Shown: positions 38,425 to 48,391, counted from the stretch's first letter. The stretch is DNA of 64,000 bases from an uncultured Planctomycetaceae bacterium (GCA_964605095.1 CAZSBS010000001.1:4790-68789), one strand, 5' to 3'. Numbers and translations: made by a program. The notes: a model not told the origin generated them from the letters alone.

Positions 38425-39681
38425 ATGCTGAAGCACGCGTATCTTTCCATGCTGTGCTGCCTCTTGCTGGCTTGCGGTTATTGCTTTGCCGAGAAAAAGC
38501 AGATCAAGCTCAAGAGCGGCGAGACCATCATTGGCGAGGTTGTCGAGCAGACTCCCGAGGGGATAAAAGTCAAGCGCCCCCTGGCGACGGTGTTCTATCC
38601 GAAGGACCAGATCGTCTCGATCGAGCCGGTATACGACGTTAAGGAAGATTACGCGAATCGTCTGTCCAAGCTCAAGAAGGACGACTTCGAGGGCCAGTTG
38701 GCACTTGGGCAGTGGGCCTTGGAGAACAAGCTCTATCCCGAGGCCGTCAAGCACCTTGAAGAGGCCGTGAAGCTCAAGAACGAGGAGCGCGCCCGCTTGC
38801 TGCTTCGCCAGGCCCAGGCCAGGCTCGAGGATGCCGAGAAAGCCAAGGAGACTCCCTCCAAGGGCGGCGACAAGTCGGGGTCCTCGGCAGGCGGCGATGG
38901 TGCCACGTTCAGCATGAAGCAAATGGTCAGCGACGATGACATCCAGCGGATTCGCATGGCGGAACTCTCGGATGACGACCGGGTGAAAGTCGAGTTTCGC
39001 AAGGACGTGGTCGACAGGTTCTTGGAGCAGGTTCGTGGGCGGGGCAAATTCGCGGAGGAAACCGACGTCGCCAAGTTCCGCCGCCTGCCGGCCTTGCGCC
39101 AGGCCAAGATCATCATCGAGGAAGTCGGCCCCGGCGACCCACTCAGGAACGACATCATCATCAAGTCGGACCCGGCTTCAATGCGCGAGTTCCACTCGGG
39201 CGTCTGGCGGTGGGTTTCGACCAGTTGTGCCGCGGCGACCTGTCACGGCTCGGCCAAGGGTCAGGGCGGGCTGAAGCTCTGGAACGTTACCGCCCGAAGC
39301 GACAACGTGGACTACACCAACTTCCTGATCCTCGACGCGTTTCACACCAAGGGCGGCCTTCAGGTGATCCGGCGCGATGAGCCGGAAGAGTCGCTGCTGT
39401 TGCAGTTCGGCCTGCCGGACAACCAGGCCAAGCACCGTCATCCGAAGGAGAAACGCCCGCCGTTTTCCAGCAAGACCTCGCCGCTCTACAAGCAGACGCT
39501 GGATTGGATTCTGTCTTTGAAGCGCCCGCTGCACCCGGAGTACGGCCTCAAGAGCATTCCGCCGCACGTGATGAAGCGAATCGACCCGTTGTTCGGGCTG
39601 CCCACTTCACCGGTGCCCAAGGATAAGGGCGCCAAGGACAAGTCTGGCAAGTCTGATAAGTCAAGCAAGCCGCCTTTCTGA
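38425..39681 (+). CDS. secreted protein with C-terminal PSCyt1-like (planctomycete cytochrome-c-like) region carrying a CX4CH motif
   Basis: signal peptide MLKHAYLSMLCCLLLACGYCFA; ...WRWVSTSCAAATCHGSAKGQGGLKLWN... Confidence 0.55.
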   Translation: MLKHAYLSMLCCLLLACGYCFAEKKQIKLKSGETIIGEVVEQTPEGIKVKRPLATVFYPKDQIVSIEPVYDVKEDYANRLSKLKKDDFEGQLALGQWALENKLYPEAVKHLEEAVKLKNEERARLLLRQAQARLEDAEKAKETPSKGGDKSGSSAGGDGATFSMKQMVSDDDIQRIRMAELSDDDRVKVEFRKDVVDRFLEQVRGRGKFAEETDVAKFRRLPALRQAKIIIEEVGPGDPLRNDIIIKSDPASMREFHSGVWRWVSTSCAAATCHGSAKGQGGLKLWNVTARSDNVDYTNFLILDAFHTKGGLQVIRRDEPEESLLLQFGLPDNQAKHRHPKEKRPPFSSKTSPLYKQTLDWILSLKRPLHPEYGLKSIPPHVMKRIDPLFGLPTSPVPKDKGAKDKSGKSDKSSKPPF

Positions 39682-39712
39682 ACCGTGCGGCTTTCCTGGC
39701 CGCGGCGAGGCT

Positions 39713-40378
39713 TTGGCGATGGAGCAGATTCAATACGCCTTCGTGGCTGTGCTGGTCGGCGTGCTGGTCGCCGCCAGCGTTTCTTTCGCGGTGATGGGCC
39801 TGGGCAAGGTTCTTCGGCGTCGCCGGTTGGCTCGCGACGCCCACCAGCGCGGGCTGAGGTTCTTTCCTGACGATCCTTACGACGTGCCGAGGCGTTATGC
39901 GGACTTCGCGGTGATATCCTCCGGGCACAGCCCGTGCGCTAACAACGTAACTGCCGGCGGGATAGTCGGCAGGACGGTGCGAGCATTCGATTTTCGCTGC
40001 GAGTTGGGCCACGGAACTCGCAGGCTCACGCGGCGCTATAGCGTGGCCATTGCCGAGACTCGCCTGAGTCAGCCGAGCCTGCTGATGTGGCACACGGGCG
40101 ACGGCGAGTTGGCCCCGCTGGCGGCAAGGGATGTCCAGGGCCGGGTCGGACAGTGGAGTTTCCGCGGGTCGCGGGAGTTGGCTGAGACTGTCGAGGCCGC
40201 GTGCCGACATCTCGGCCCGGCCCAGCCGAGCGTCGAGATTCGCGGCTCGGTCGTCCTGATAGCCGTGTCGGTGCGGCGGGCCATTCGCCAGTACGCCCTT
40301 GCCTTGGACGAAGTTTCGGGCATTATAGAGGCCCTGGACGGCCCCCGTGGCCCCAGGCCACCCGCGGTGGGGGCCTGA
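39713..40378 (+). CDS. hypothetical membrane-anchored protein
   Basis: 221 aa; N-terminal TM FVAVLVGVLVAASVSFAVMGL; coding-like GC3. Confidence 0.5.
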   Translation: MAMEQIQYAFVAVLVGVLVAASVSFAVMGLGKVLRRRRLARDAHQRGLRFFPDDPYDVPRRYADFAVISSGHSPCANNVTAGGIVGRTVRAFDFRCELGHGTRRLTRRYSVAIAETRLSQPSLLMWHTGDGELAPLAARDVQGRVGQWSFRGSRELAETVEAACRHLGPAQPSVEIRGSVVLIAVSVRRAIRQYALALDEVSGIIEALDGPRGPRPPAVGA

Positions 40379-40549
40379 CCGTGGGCCGGGCCGCCGGGCA
40401 GTCGGCGAGAATCGAGAATATCGCGTCGAAGTTGTTGGACAAGATGTATGCAGGCCGTTGCAAACGGCCCTCCGGTGTGTTAGAAAGTTGCTTGCGAGAT
40501 TCCACTGGCCGTGCCAATGCCGGCTGCGGACATATTGGGAGAGGACATC

Positions 40550-42205
40550 GTGCAAAAGGACAAACGTTTCGGTTGCGTCGCGCTGAGCTTGGTCTGCCTG
40601 TCCGCGGCGCTACTCGCGGGATGCCGCAGCACCGCCAGCCCACTGGCAGAAGCCACCGCCCGCGCTGGTCGGCTCTATGATCGGGCGTGCAGCCTGCTTA
40701 ACGACACGCCCTACATGGTCCGCCAGCAGTATGCGCCCTTCGCCAAGCCGATCGAGCTGCCCTCGGATCCCAATGCGGCGGTAAAGCTGGTCCAGCTTAC
40801 CGCGCTGGGGCAGATCAACCCGCGGGCCGACAAGACGCTCAACGAGGCCATCGACGGCCTGACCAAGGCCCTGGCTGGGGCCGAAGGCCGGCCGGAGATC
40901 GAAAAAGTCAACGCGCAGGCTGTCTTGGCCCGGCTGTACGCTCTGCGCGGCTACCGCATGTCGATCGAGGCCGGCCTGAGGTGCCGACAGGCATGGGACC
41001 TCGCCGGCCTGGTGGAAAGCGACGCAGTCCGCATCAGCGGGTTGGGCAAGCGGATCGCCAGCTACGACCAGATCCTTAGCGTCACGGACGAGTCGCTCGG
41101 CAAGATGGCCGAGGCCGCCAAGACGCAGCAGTCGGCCGCCGAGGATAAGATCGCCGAGGCCAACACGAAAATCGCGGCCCTGGACAAGGAAGAGGCGGAC
41201 CTGAAGGCTGCAAACGTCACAATCTCCGAGGAGTCGCGAAAGCTTCTCACTGAAAGCCAGATTGCTGACCCGATCAAGGGCGTCGCGATTTATGACGAGG
41301 CCAAGACTAAGGAAGACAAGGCCAGCGTGAACTCCGCCCGCATAGCGCAGATCGAAGAGGCCATGCAGACCATCAAGTCACAGGTGGCGGAGTTCGAGGT
41401 GGTTCGGGTGGCCGCGGTTAATCAGGCGAAAGTGGCTGGCGATATGGCCGATACCCGCCAGAAGAGCCGCTCCGAAACCGATCAGGCGCGGAAGGCCCAG
41501 ATTGACAAGTTGACCGAGGCCCAGAAGCAGGCGGAGACGCTGGCGGGGCAGGTCGTCGAGGTATCCAAGGCCGCCGCCGCCGCCGAGGCCAAGGCCCTGG
41601 GCGACTACGACAAGGCTGTCAAGACCTACGAGACCTATGGGCAAATCACGGAATCGTACGCCAAGGATCCAGGCGCCGATGCCTTCCTCAAGCCCGACCC
41701 CGCCATTATTGCGATGCTTGGCGACGTGCAAATGGCGCGGGCGGACCTCAGGGTCCAGGCCCTCCTGCTTCAGCATCGCCTGCAAACCGTCGTCGCGGAG
41801 ACATCCGGCATATGGTCCAGCCTGCCGACGCAGAACACCACGCCCGCGGTTATCGGACAGATGAAGGATTACGTCCCCAATCCGGGCAAGCTTAAGGAAG
41901 ATGCCCAGCGCGACTTCAGTTGGGCCGCGAGGGCCTACGAGAAGGCCAAAGAGGCTGTTATTGACCCGAAGCTCAAGTGGGCCTACGTGCTCCAGCAGTC
42001 GGCCGCGAACGTCAGCCTCTACCGCCTGTCCGGCGACGCCGACGCCAAACAGAAGGCGACAGCGGAACTGGACTCCCTCGGCACAGAGGAAGCCTCGCCC
42101 CTGATCGCCCCAACGGCTGACGGTTTCCGCAAGCTGCTGGCCGCCCCGGCCCTGCTTGGCTCCGAGGCGCCTTTCAGCCCGGCGCCCACCCAGCCCGCGC
42201 CGTGA
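40550..42205 (+). CDS. coiled-coil lipoprotein of unknown function (GTG start after RBS gggagagga)
   Basis: (M)QKDKRFGCVALSLVCLSAALLAGC lipobox; long Ala/Lys/Glu-rich coiled-coil segments. Confidence 0.6.
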   Translation: MQKDKRFGCVALSLVCLSAALLAGCRSTASPLAEATARAGRLYDRACSLLNDTPYMVRQQYAPFAKPIELPSDPNAAVKLVQLTALGQINPRADKTLNEAIDGLTKALAGAEGRPEIEKVNAQAVLARLYALRGYRMSIEAGLRCRQAWDLAGLVESDAVRISGLGKRIASYDQILSVTDESLGKMAEAAKTQQSAAEDKIAEANTKIAALDKEEADLKAANVTISEESRKLLTESQIADPIKGVAIYDEAKTKEDKASVNSARIAQIEEAMQTIKSQVAEFEVVRVAAVNQAKVAGDMADTRQKSRSETDQARKAQIDKLTEAQKQAETLAGQVVEVSKAAAAAEAKALGDYDKAVKTYETYGQITESYAKDPGADAFLKPDPAIIAMLGDVQMARADLRVQALLLQHRLQTVVAETSGIWSSLPTQNTTPAVIGQMKDYVPNPGKLKEDAQRDFSWAARAYEKAKEAVIDPKLKWAYVLQQSAANVSLYRLSGDADAKQKATAELDSLGTEEASPLIAPTADGFRKLLAAPALLGSEAPFSPAPTQPAP

Positions 42206-42416
42206 CTTGGCCGGGCCAGGCCCCGGCGTAATTCATCCATGCACCACCCACCGGCTCCGGCCGCCGGGGCGCATGCGCCTTGGCCGCGAACCGGTGCCGA
42301 TTCCCTCGGAGAAGCCCTTGTCAACTTCAGCATCAGGGGGCATACTGTATAAATAACCGGTGGCGTTATCGGCTCGATTGGGCCCGGCCGTGGTCGTCGG
42401 ATGAGGGCGGCGCCGA

Positions 42417-44108
42417 ATGCGTAAGTATGCGAATAAGTCCATGGAGGCGCTGGCTGCGGAGTTGACCGCAGGCCTCAAGAGGCTCCGCAAGGGGTATGCG
42501 GACGCGGCCGAGGGGCTGCTTGAAATCCTCGACCCGCACAGGGAGTATCCTTACGAGTTCGTCGTCTATCGCCTGACGGGCTATCGCCCGCCGACGGGCA
42601 TCGCGGGCGAGCCGATGTCTTACAAGTCGCTGGGCGGGGACCTGCTCCTGCTCATCCTGGACATCTGCGACAGCACGAACCTGTCCACGGAGGACTATCC
42701 CGAGAGTGTCTACGACACGCCGGCGCTAGCGCAAAGGTTCAACGTTTCATCCAAGACGATCCAGCGATGGTGCCGCGGCGGGCTCGTGGCCAGGCGGCTT
42801 GTCTTTCCGGACGGGCGGCGGCGTGTGGCGTTCCTGGAAAGCTCCGTGCGGCGCTTCTCGCACGACCGGCGAGGGCAGCTCACCCGGTCAGGGCGGTTCA
42901 CGCAAATGACGGAGGGCCAGCGGCAGGACATCATCCGCCGCGCCCGGCGGATGGCGGAGTTTTGCCCATGCACCCTCAGCGACGTTGTGCGGCGTCTGGC
43001 CGGGCGGATCGGCAGGGCCAAGGAGACCATCCGCCACACCATCCGCAAGCATGACGCCGAGCATCCGGACCAGGCGATCTTCCCGCGGCTCGCCAGGGCG
43101 CGCAGGCTTAGCGACCAGGAGAAGCTCGCCATCTACCGCGGGTTCCTGCGAGGCGTGCCGGCCCAGGCCCTTGCAATGCGGTATCATCGCACCCGGGGCA
43201 GCGTCTATCGGGTCATCAACGACATGCGGGCCCAGCGCCTGCTCGAGCGCCCGATACGGTACGTCCACAACCCGCAGTTTGACCTGCCCAATGCCGACGA
43301 GCAGATCATCAACTCGGCCGCGGACGCCGGCTTTGCCGACGGGCATACGTCAGACGAGCTTGCCCACGCCGAGATGCCCAAGAACCTGCCGCCTTACCTC
43401 AAAACGCTCTACGAGGTCCCGCTGCTGTCGGCGGCGCAGGAGCGCGACCTGTTTCGGCTGTACAACTACCTCAAGTACAAGGCCGACAAACTCCGCGGCA
43501 AGCTGGACCTCAATCGCATACGCACCACGCAGCTTCGCGAGATCGAGCAACTTCTGCTCCAGGCCAACGTGGCCAAGAACAAAATGGTCCGCGCCAACCT
43601 CAGGCTGGTCGTCTCCATCGCCAAGAAACACGTTGGCGGCGTGCAGAACCTCTTCGAGCTCATAAGCGACGGCAATGTATCGCTGATGATGGCCGTCGAG
43701 AAGTTCGACTACTCTCGTGGCAACCGCTTCTCGACCTACGCCTCGTGGGCGATCATCCGCAATTTCGCCCGATCAGTGCCGCGGGAACGCTATCAACTCG
43801 ACCGTTTCGCCACCGGCCACGATGGTATCCTCGACGTCGCCGCGGGTATGCAGACTTATGACCCTAACGACGTCAACCCGTCAGAGTTGCGAGAGAGCAT
43901 CGACGTCGTCCTGGCGCAACTAAACCCGCGGGAACGGGCCGTACTTATCGAACATTACGGCCTGGACGAGCGCAACACGCCGTTCACGTTCGACCAACTC
44001 GGACGCCACATGGGCATCTCCAAGGAGCGAGTCCGCCAGATCGAAATCCAGGCCCTTAAGAAACTCCGAAGCATACTTCGCCCAAAGAGGGCGGACCTGA
44101 TGTGGTGA
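42417..44108 (+). CDS. sigma-70 family RNA polymerase sigma factor with ~325-aa N-terminal extension
   Basis: regions 2-4: ...LISDGNVSLMMAVEKFDYSRGNRFSTYASWAIIRNF... and ...FDQLGRHMGISKERVRQIEIQALKKLR; N-terminal part has HTH-like TPALAQRFNVSSKTIQRWCRGG. Confidence 0.85.
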   Translation: MRKYANKSMEALAAELTAGLKRLRKGYADAAEGLLEILDPHREYPYEFVVYRLTGYRPPTGIAGEPMSYKSLGGDLLLLILDICDSTNLSTEDYPESVYDTPALAQRFNVSSKTIQRWCRGGLVARRLVFPDGRRRVAFLESSVRRFSHDRRGQLTRSGRFTQMTEGQRQDIIRRARRMAEFCPCTLSDVVRRLAGRIGRAKETIRHTIRKHDAEHPDQAIFPRLARARRLSDQEKLAIYRGFLRGVPAQALAMRYHRTRGSVYRVINDMRAQRLLERPIRYVHNPQFDLPNADEQIINSAADAGFADGHTSDELAHAEMPKNLPPYLKTLYEVPLLSAAQERDLFRLYNYLKYKADKLRGKLDLNRIRTTQLREIEQLLLQANVAKNKMVRANLRLVVSIAKKHVGGVQNLFELISDGNVSLMMAVEKFDYSRGNRFSTYASWAIIRNFARSVPRERYQLDRFATGHDGILDVAAGMQTYDPNDVNPSELRESIDVVLAQLNPRERAVLIEHYGLDERNTPFTFDQLGRHMGISKERVRQIEIQALKKLRSILRPKRADLMW

Positions 44109-44122
44109 ACCGATTGCGGATT

Positions 44123-44140
44123 GTCCCGGCGCGCCGGGAC
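44123..44140 (+). terminator. perfect 18-bp palindrome hairpin just after sigma gene stop, flanked by ggattgcggattg direct repeats
   Basis: gtcccggcgcgccgggac; flanks cgattgcggattg / ggattgcggattgcggattg. Confidence 0.45.
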
Positions 44141-44339
44141 GGATTGCGGATTGCGGATTGTCCCTGGAGCAAGCTGACGTTCTGAACGCGACGCCTGATG
44201 GGAAATGGTTCTGAAGCCCAGGGACCCCTTGGGGGCAGGTAGCAATCCCTGGGTGCAGCGCAATCTTTCCGATCCGCGATCGACTAAAACGCGGAACCAA
44301 TCGCTCATGCGGTGCGTCAAACGGGCAGAGGTGGTGGTC

Positions 44340-45422
44340 ATGAAGCGATGGATTCTATATGTGGCCGGGATGGTGGCGGCAGGGTTTGTTCTTGGGGTCG
44401 TGCTTGGCAACGGGTTCTCGCAACCGTTGCCCGCGGCCGCCGCCGTGGGTGCGGCGGATCCCAATAACAAACCAGCCATGGCCGGCGGCGCCAGCCCGTC
44501 GGCCCAGCCCGCTGCCGCGCGCCCGCAGGCAACCCAGGCGCCAGCGCCGGTTCGAGACGCCCGCGCGCCTCAATCGCCGCTCCGGAAAGCGGCTTCCGCA
44601 AATGCCCCGACCGCTGCCGCCGCGGCCCCGGAATATCCCCCGGTCGAACTGGTCGCCGCCTGCGGCCGAAAGGCGGCGGAAATCCGCGGGCAGTATGGCG
44701 CCAAGCTCAACGTGGTCGCTCATCCGCCGTTCGTGATCGCCGGCGACATGAGCGTCTCACGGCTTGAATCCTACGCCAAGGCCTCCGTGGTTCGCCCGGC
44801 CAGGGCGATGTGGGCGGCCTATTTCGACAAGAAGCCCGACCAGGTGATAACCACTTTCCTTTTCGCCGGCCAGGACAACTACAAGCTGCACGCCCGCAAG
44901 GACTATCCCGACGGGGGCGCGCCGTATTACGGGTACTACAGCCCGGCGGGGCGGACGATGGTGATGAACATCAATACCGGCACGGGCACGCTGGTCCACG
45001 AGCTTACGCACGCGCTGATAGTCTACGATTTCCCGAATCTGCCGACGTGGTTCAACGAGGGGCTCGCCAGCCTGCACGAGCAGTGCAACGTCGAGGAAGA
45101 TGGCATCACGGGCCTGCCCAACTGGCGCCTGCCGGGCCTCCAGGCCGCCATCAGCGCCGGTAAGCTTCGCCCGCTGGTGGAGCTCGTAACCAGGCGGGAC
45201 TTCTACGGCCCGGCCCAGGGGATCAACTACGCCCAGGCCCGGTACTTCGTGATGTACATGCAGCACAAGGGGCTGCTGCGCGAGTTCTACCGCTACTTCC
45301 GCGGCCACGCCGATGGCGACGCCGCGGACGTCCGCGCGATCGAACACGTCTTCGGACGGAAGATCACGGAGATCGAGCCCGCCTTCATTGCGTGGGTCAA
45401 GACGCTCAAGTTCGAGCGGTAA
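44340..45422 (+). CDS. DUF1570-like putative zinc metallopeptidase (HEXXH), N-terminal TM, Ala/Pro-rich linker
   Basis: MKRWILYVAGMVAAGFVLGVVLG TM; ...TGTLVHELTHALIVYDF... HEXXH. Confidence 0.6.
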   Translation: MKRWILYVAGMVAAGFVLGVVLGNGFSQPLPAAAAVGAADPNNKPAMAGGASPSAQPAAARPQATQAPAPVRDARAPQSPLRKAASANAPTAAAAAPEYPPVELVAACGRKAAEIRGQYGAKLNVVAHPPFVIAGDMSVSRLESYAKASVVRPARAMWAAYFDKKPDQVITTFLFAGQDNYKLHARKDYPDGGAPYYGYYSPAGRTMVMNINTGTGTLVHELTHALIVYDFPNLPTWFNEGLASLHEQCNVEEDGITGLPNWRLPGLQAAISAGKLRPLVELVTRRDFYGPAQGINYAQARYFVMYMQHKGLLREFYRYFRGHADGDAADVRAIEHVFGRKITEIEPAFIAWVKTLKFER

Positions 45423-45490
45423 GGAAGAGGAAAGACAAGGCCTTACGCGGAGGACGCAGAGGAGAAGAAAGAGAAGAAGAGTAAGCAATG

Positions 45491-45585
45491 ATAAACGCAG
45501 ACCCACGGTCCCTTCGGGATAAACGCAGATGAAAACTATCCTCTCATCCGCGTTCATCCCGAAGGGACCGTGGGTCTGCGTTTAT
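45491..45585. terminator. 28-bp perfect inverted repeat (bidirectional terminator-like) between convergent genes, embedded in purine-rich/pyrimidine-rich symmetric flanks
   Basis: ataaacgcagacccacggtcccttcggg ... cccgaagggaccgtgggtctgcgtttat. Confidence 0.6.
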
Positions 45586-45619
45586 CGCTGCAGAGAACTC
45601 TTTAGTCTCTTATTTCTTG

Positions 45620-46507
45620 TTACTTGCCGGATCCTGCGGCGATTTCCTTGGCGGTGTCGTTGAAGAACTTCACGCACGCGGCCAGGTCGGCCAGGGTGAA
45701 CTGGTGCTCGTACTCGATGGAGAACACACCCTTGAAGCCCTGGGCGTGGAGTTCCGCCAGCACGGCCTTGACGTCGCCCTTGCCGGTGCCCCAGGGCACG
45801 TCATGGCCGTTTCCGAACTCGTTGAGATCCTTGAAGTGCAGGCTTACGATCCGGCCCTTGAGCATCTTGATGGCGTCAAGGGGCTTGATGTTGCGGCGCA
45901 TCCAGTGCCCGGTGTCGGAGCAGGAGCCTATGCGTTTGCTCTTGCCCTCGCAGGCGGCCAGGACCTTTTCCGGCGGCCAGGAGTTCGGGTGGTTGTGCAG
46001 GGCCGCGTTGATGCCGTACTCGTTGCAGAGCTTGTCGAGGAACGGCGGGGTGGATTCGGTAACGATGGTTTCCAGGCCCATTACCTTGGCCCAGTCGAAC
46101 AGCTTGCGGGCGTCGGCCTCGTTGCCCGGAATGCCCGTGACGCCGAAGTTCACCAGCGTGACGCCCTTTTCCTTGAGCTTGGCCTTGACGGCGGCGATGG
46201 TCTCCTTCTTCATTTCCGGGCCCATCTTTTCGTCGATGTCCTTGCTGACCTTTTGGCCCGGGTAGGCCTCGATGTACTTCACACCGATGGCGGCTGTCTT
46301 GTCGATGGCCTCGAAGAACGTCCCGCCGCGGAACGTGTATGCCTGCGTCGCCAGGCGCCAGCCGAGCTTCTCGGCGTCCGGCGAGCCCATGGCCTGGAAC
46401 GCCGGCCCTGGCACATCCTTCGCCGCATTCGCGACGGCGGTGCCGATAAACCACAATGCCGCGGCCAAAACAGCGCCAACTGCGATTCTGCTCTTGCTCA
46501 TCTTCAT
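45620..46507 (-). CDS. secreted sugar-phosphate isomerase/epimerase (xylose-isomerase-like TIM barrel)
   Basis: signal peptide MKMSKSRIAVGAVLAAALWFIGTAVANA; TIM-barrel family pattern ...FKGVFSIEYEH... Confidence 0.7.
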   Translation of the reverse strand: MKMSKSRIAVGAVLAAALWFIGTAVANAAKDVPGPAFQAMGSPDAEKLGWRLATQAYTFRGGTFFEAIDKTAAIGVKYIEAYPGQKVSKDIDEKMGPEMKKETIAAVKAKLKEKGVTLVNFGVTGIPGNEADARKLFDWAKVMGLETIVTESTPPFLDKLCNEYGINAALHNHPNSWPPEKVLAACEGKSKRIGSCSDTGHWMRRNIKPLDAIKMLKGRIVSLHFKDLNEFGNGHDVPWGTGKGDVKAVLAELHAQGFKGVFSIEYEHQFTLADLAACVKFFNDTAKEIAAGSGK

Positions 46508-46823
46508 TCTCCAGTAACGGTAGGTAAGTTAGGTCGAGGCCATCATATCAGCAGCTAGCCCGGCAGCACAATAGTGCGGGTGTTTCGCAATCCGCGCGGC
46601 GCGGATCATTCGCTTGCGGGTTCCACCAAGAGGCGGCATAGTGCAACCGAGCCGCGCCAACAAGGCTTGAACAGTCCGGCAGGTCAACAGGTTACGGCAG
46701 GCGAGCGGATTGTGTTTTGCGATGTCCGGGCGGATATTGTGGCCCGGGTGTTTCCTATGTTCCGCAGTTTTGCCGCCCGCCCGGCTTGGGCGGCGGTGGG
46801 TCCTTGATTAATGACGAGCAGAA

Positions 46824-47576
46824 ATGGCGAAATCCGATAAGGCAACCCCGCAGCTTTCCATCATCATTCCGGCCTACAACGAGGGCCGCAGGCTGGGTCC
46901 GGCCCTGGAGCAGATCAGGCGGCACTTCGAGTCGTCGGACATGTCGGCGGAGGTGATCGTTGTCGATGACGGCTCGTCGGACGACACGGCCGCGGTGGCT
47001 CTGGCGTTCGATCCCGGCCCGCTTGCGTTTCGGCTGATCCGCAACCGCACCAACCAGGGCAAGGGCTTCAGCGTGCGGCGGGGGATGCGCAAGGCAGCCG
47101 GGGCGATGATGCTCATGACTGATGCCGACCAGTCCACGCCGATCTACGAACTTGCCAAGGCCCTGCCGTATCTCAACGACGGCTTCGACGTGGTCATCGG
47201 CTCGCGCGACCTGGCCGAGTCGGTCATCTCCAAGCGCCAGCCGGGGTATCGCCACGGCCTGGGGCTGATAATGCGCGGCCTGCGGCGGATGCTGATGCTG
47301 CGGGACATCAAGGACACACAGTGCGGCTTCAAGCTTTTCAGCCGGCGTGCGGCGAAGGCGATTTTTCCTCGCGTGCGCGAGCGTGGCTTCGCGTTCGACT
47401 GCGAGGCGCTCCTGGTGGCCCGGCAGATGGGCTGCCGGATCAAGGAAATCGGCGTGCTGTGGTGCAACGACCCCGATAGCCGGGTGCGCCCGGTCCGCGA
47501 CTCGCTGGGCATGCTCATCGCCCTGGCGAGGATCCACTGGCGGATCAGGCATGTGAAGCATCCGCAGAATTGCTAG
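46824..47576 (+). CDS. family-2 glycosyltransferase (dolichyl/polyprenyl-phosphate mannose synthase-like)
   Basis: LSIIIPAYNE...VIVVDDGSSDDT...DADQS GT-A fold motifs. Confidence 0.8.
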   Translation: MAKSDKATPQLSIIIPAYNEGRRLGPALEQIRRHFESSDMSAEVIVVDDGSSDDTAAVALAFDPGPLAFRLIRNRTNQGKGFSVRRGMRKAAGAMMLMTDADQSTPIYELAKALPYLNDGFDVVIGSRDLAESVISKRQPGYRHGLGLIMRGLRRMLMLRDIKDTQCGFKLFSRRAAKAIFPRVRERGFAFDCEALLVARQMGCRIKEIGVLWCNDPDSRVRPVRDSLGMLIALARIHWRIRHVKHPQNC

Positions 47577-47914
47577 CCCCCGCCCAGAATTCCCTGTAGC
47601 GACACGATCAAAGGTGGCAGGTCCTCTTTCACCGTGCGTCGGAGCAAGTCCAGATCAATAACATCGTAGCCGTGAACGAGACGGTTCCGCATGCCGATAA
47701 TCTGAGGCCAGGGAATACCTGTGATTCTCTGCCGCGCCTCAGGCGAAACACGATTTGCCGCCTCTCCCACAATTTCCACCAGCCGTGTCAGCGCCAACTG
47801 AATCACGCGGTTTTGCCCCAAATCTTCCAGGCTCAAATCCCCCAACAACTCCGCCGCTTCGCGAGAGTGGCTGAGCATGTCCGTCAGGCTCACCCGGTCG
47901 TCATGCAGCGTCAT
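47573..47914 (-). CDS. HepT-like (DUF86) toxin of HepT/MNT toxin-antitoxin pair
   Basis: RNRLVHGY (Rx4HxY) motif; overlaps upstream MNT gene. Confidence 0.7.
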   Translation of the reverse strand: MTLHDDRVSLTDMLSHSREAAELLGDLSLEDLGQNRVIQLALTRLVEIVGEAANRVSPEARQRITGIPWPQIIGMRNRLVHGYDVIDLDLLRRTVKEDLPPLIVSLQGILGGG

Positions 47915-48236
47915 ACAACACCTCCGCTTCACCCAACACCCGGTCCCGGAAGAGCGGATTAAGCCCCCGGTACGTGTGTATTTCCGCCTTTCGCTCTAGG
48001 ATTCGGCTTAATTCAATCTCCATTCCCGCCAGAGCGATCATCCCTACTCCGCAATCCGGATCGAACTCCACCAGTAGGTCCACATCGCTCTCTGGCGAGA
48101 AATCGTCCCGCACGACCGACCCGAAGACCGCCAGCCGGCGAATTCGGTTGCGGCGGCAGAATTGGTCAATCTTCTCTTTCGATATCGATATCTTGACGCT
48201 CATGCCTGCATCTCCAGAAAGCACAGATAGCGGCAA
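47901..48236 (-). CDS. MNT-type nucleotidyltransferase antitoxin (start may be 48203)
   Basis: ...LAVFGSVVRDDFSPESDVDLLVEF... minimal nucleotidyltransferase motif GSxxR..D..SDxDL. Confidence 0.7.
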   Translation of the reverse strand: MPLSVLSGDAGMSVKISISKEKIDQFCRRNRIRRLAVFGSVVRDDFSPESDVDLLVEFDPDCGVGMIALAGMEIELSRILERKAEIHTYRGLNPLFRDRVLGEAEVLYDAA

Positions 48237-48391
48237 ACGTGCTGAAAATCAAGACTAAACGGACAGGCCTGCCTGCTGCCCATGGCCGAAGGCCGCAGCC
48301 CAACAAAAGGGCCGCGACCGGTTGATCCGATCGCGGCCCTTGTTTGCTTTTTGTGCGACGCCGAACTTTTTCGGGCCTTGGCCTGTCGGCC

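Noticed and set aside
36145-38922. 925-aa minus-strand ORF (and 34282..36003 minus, 573 aa)
   Set aside because: Antisense to the 1226-aa + strand gene which has signal peptide and protein-like composition; minus ORFs are R/G/L-rich artifacts of high GC
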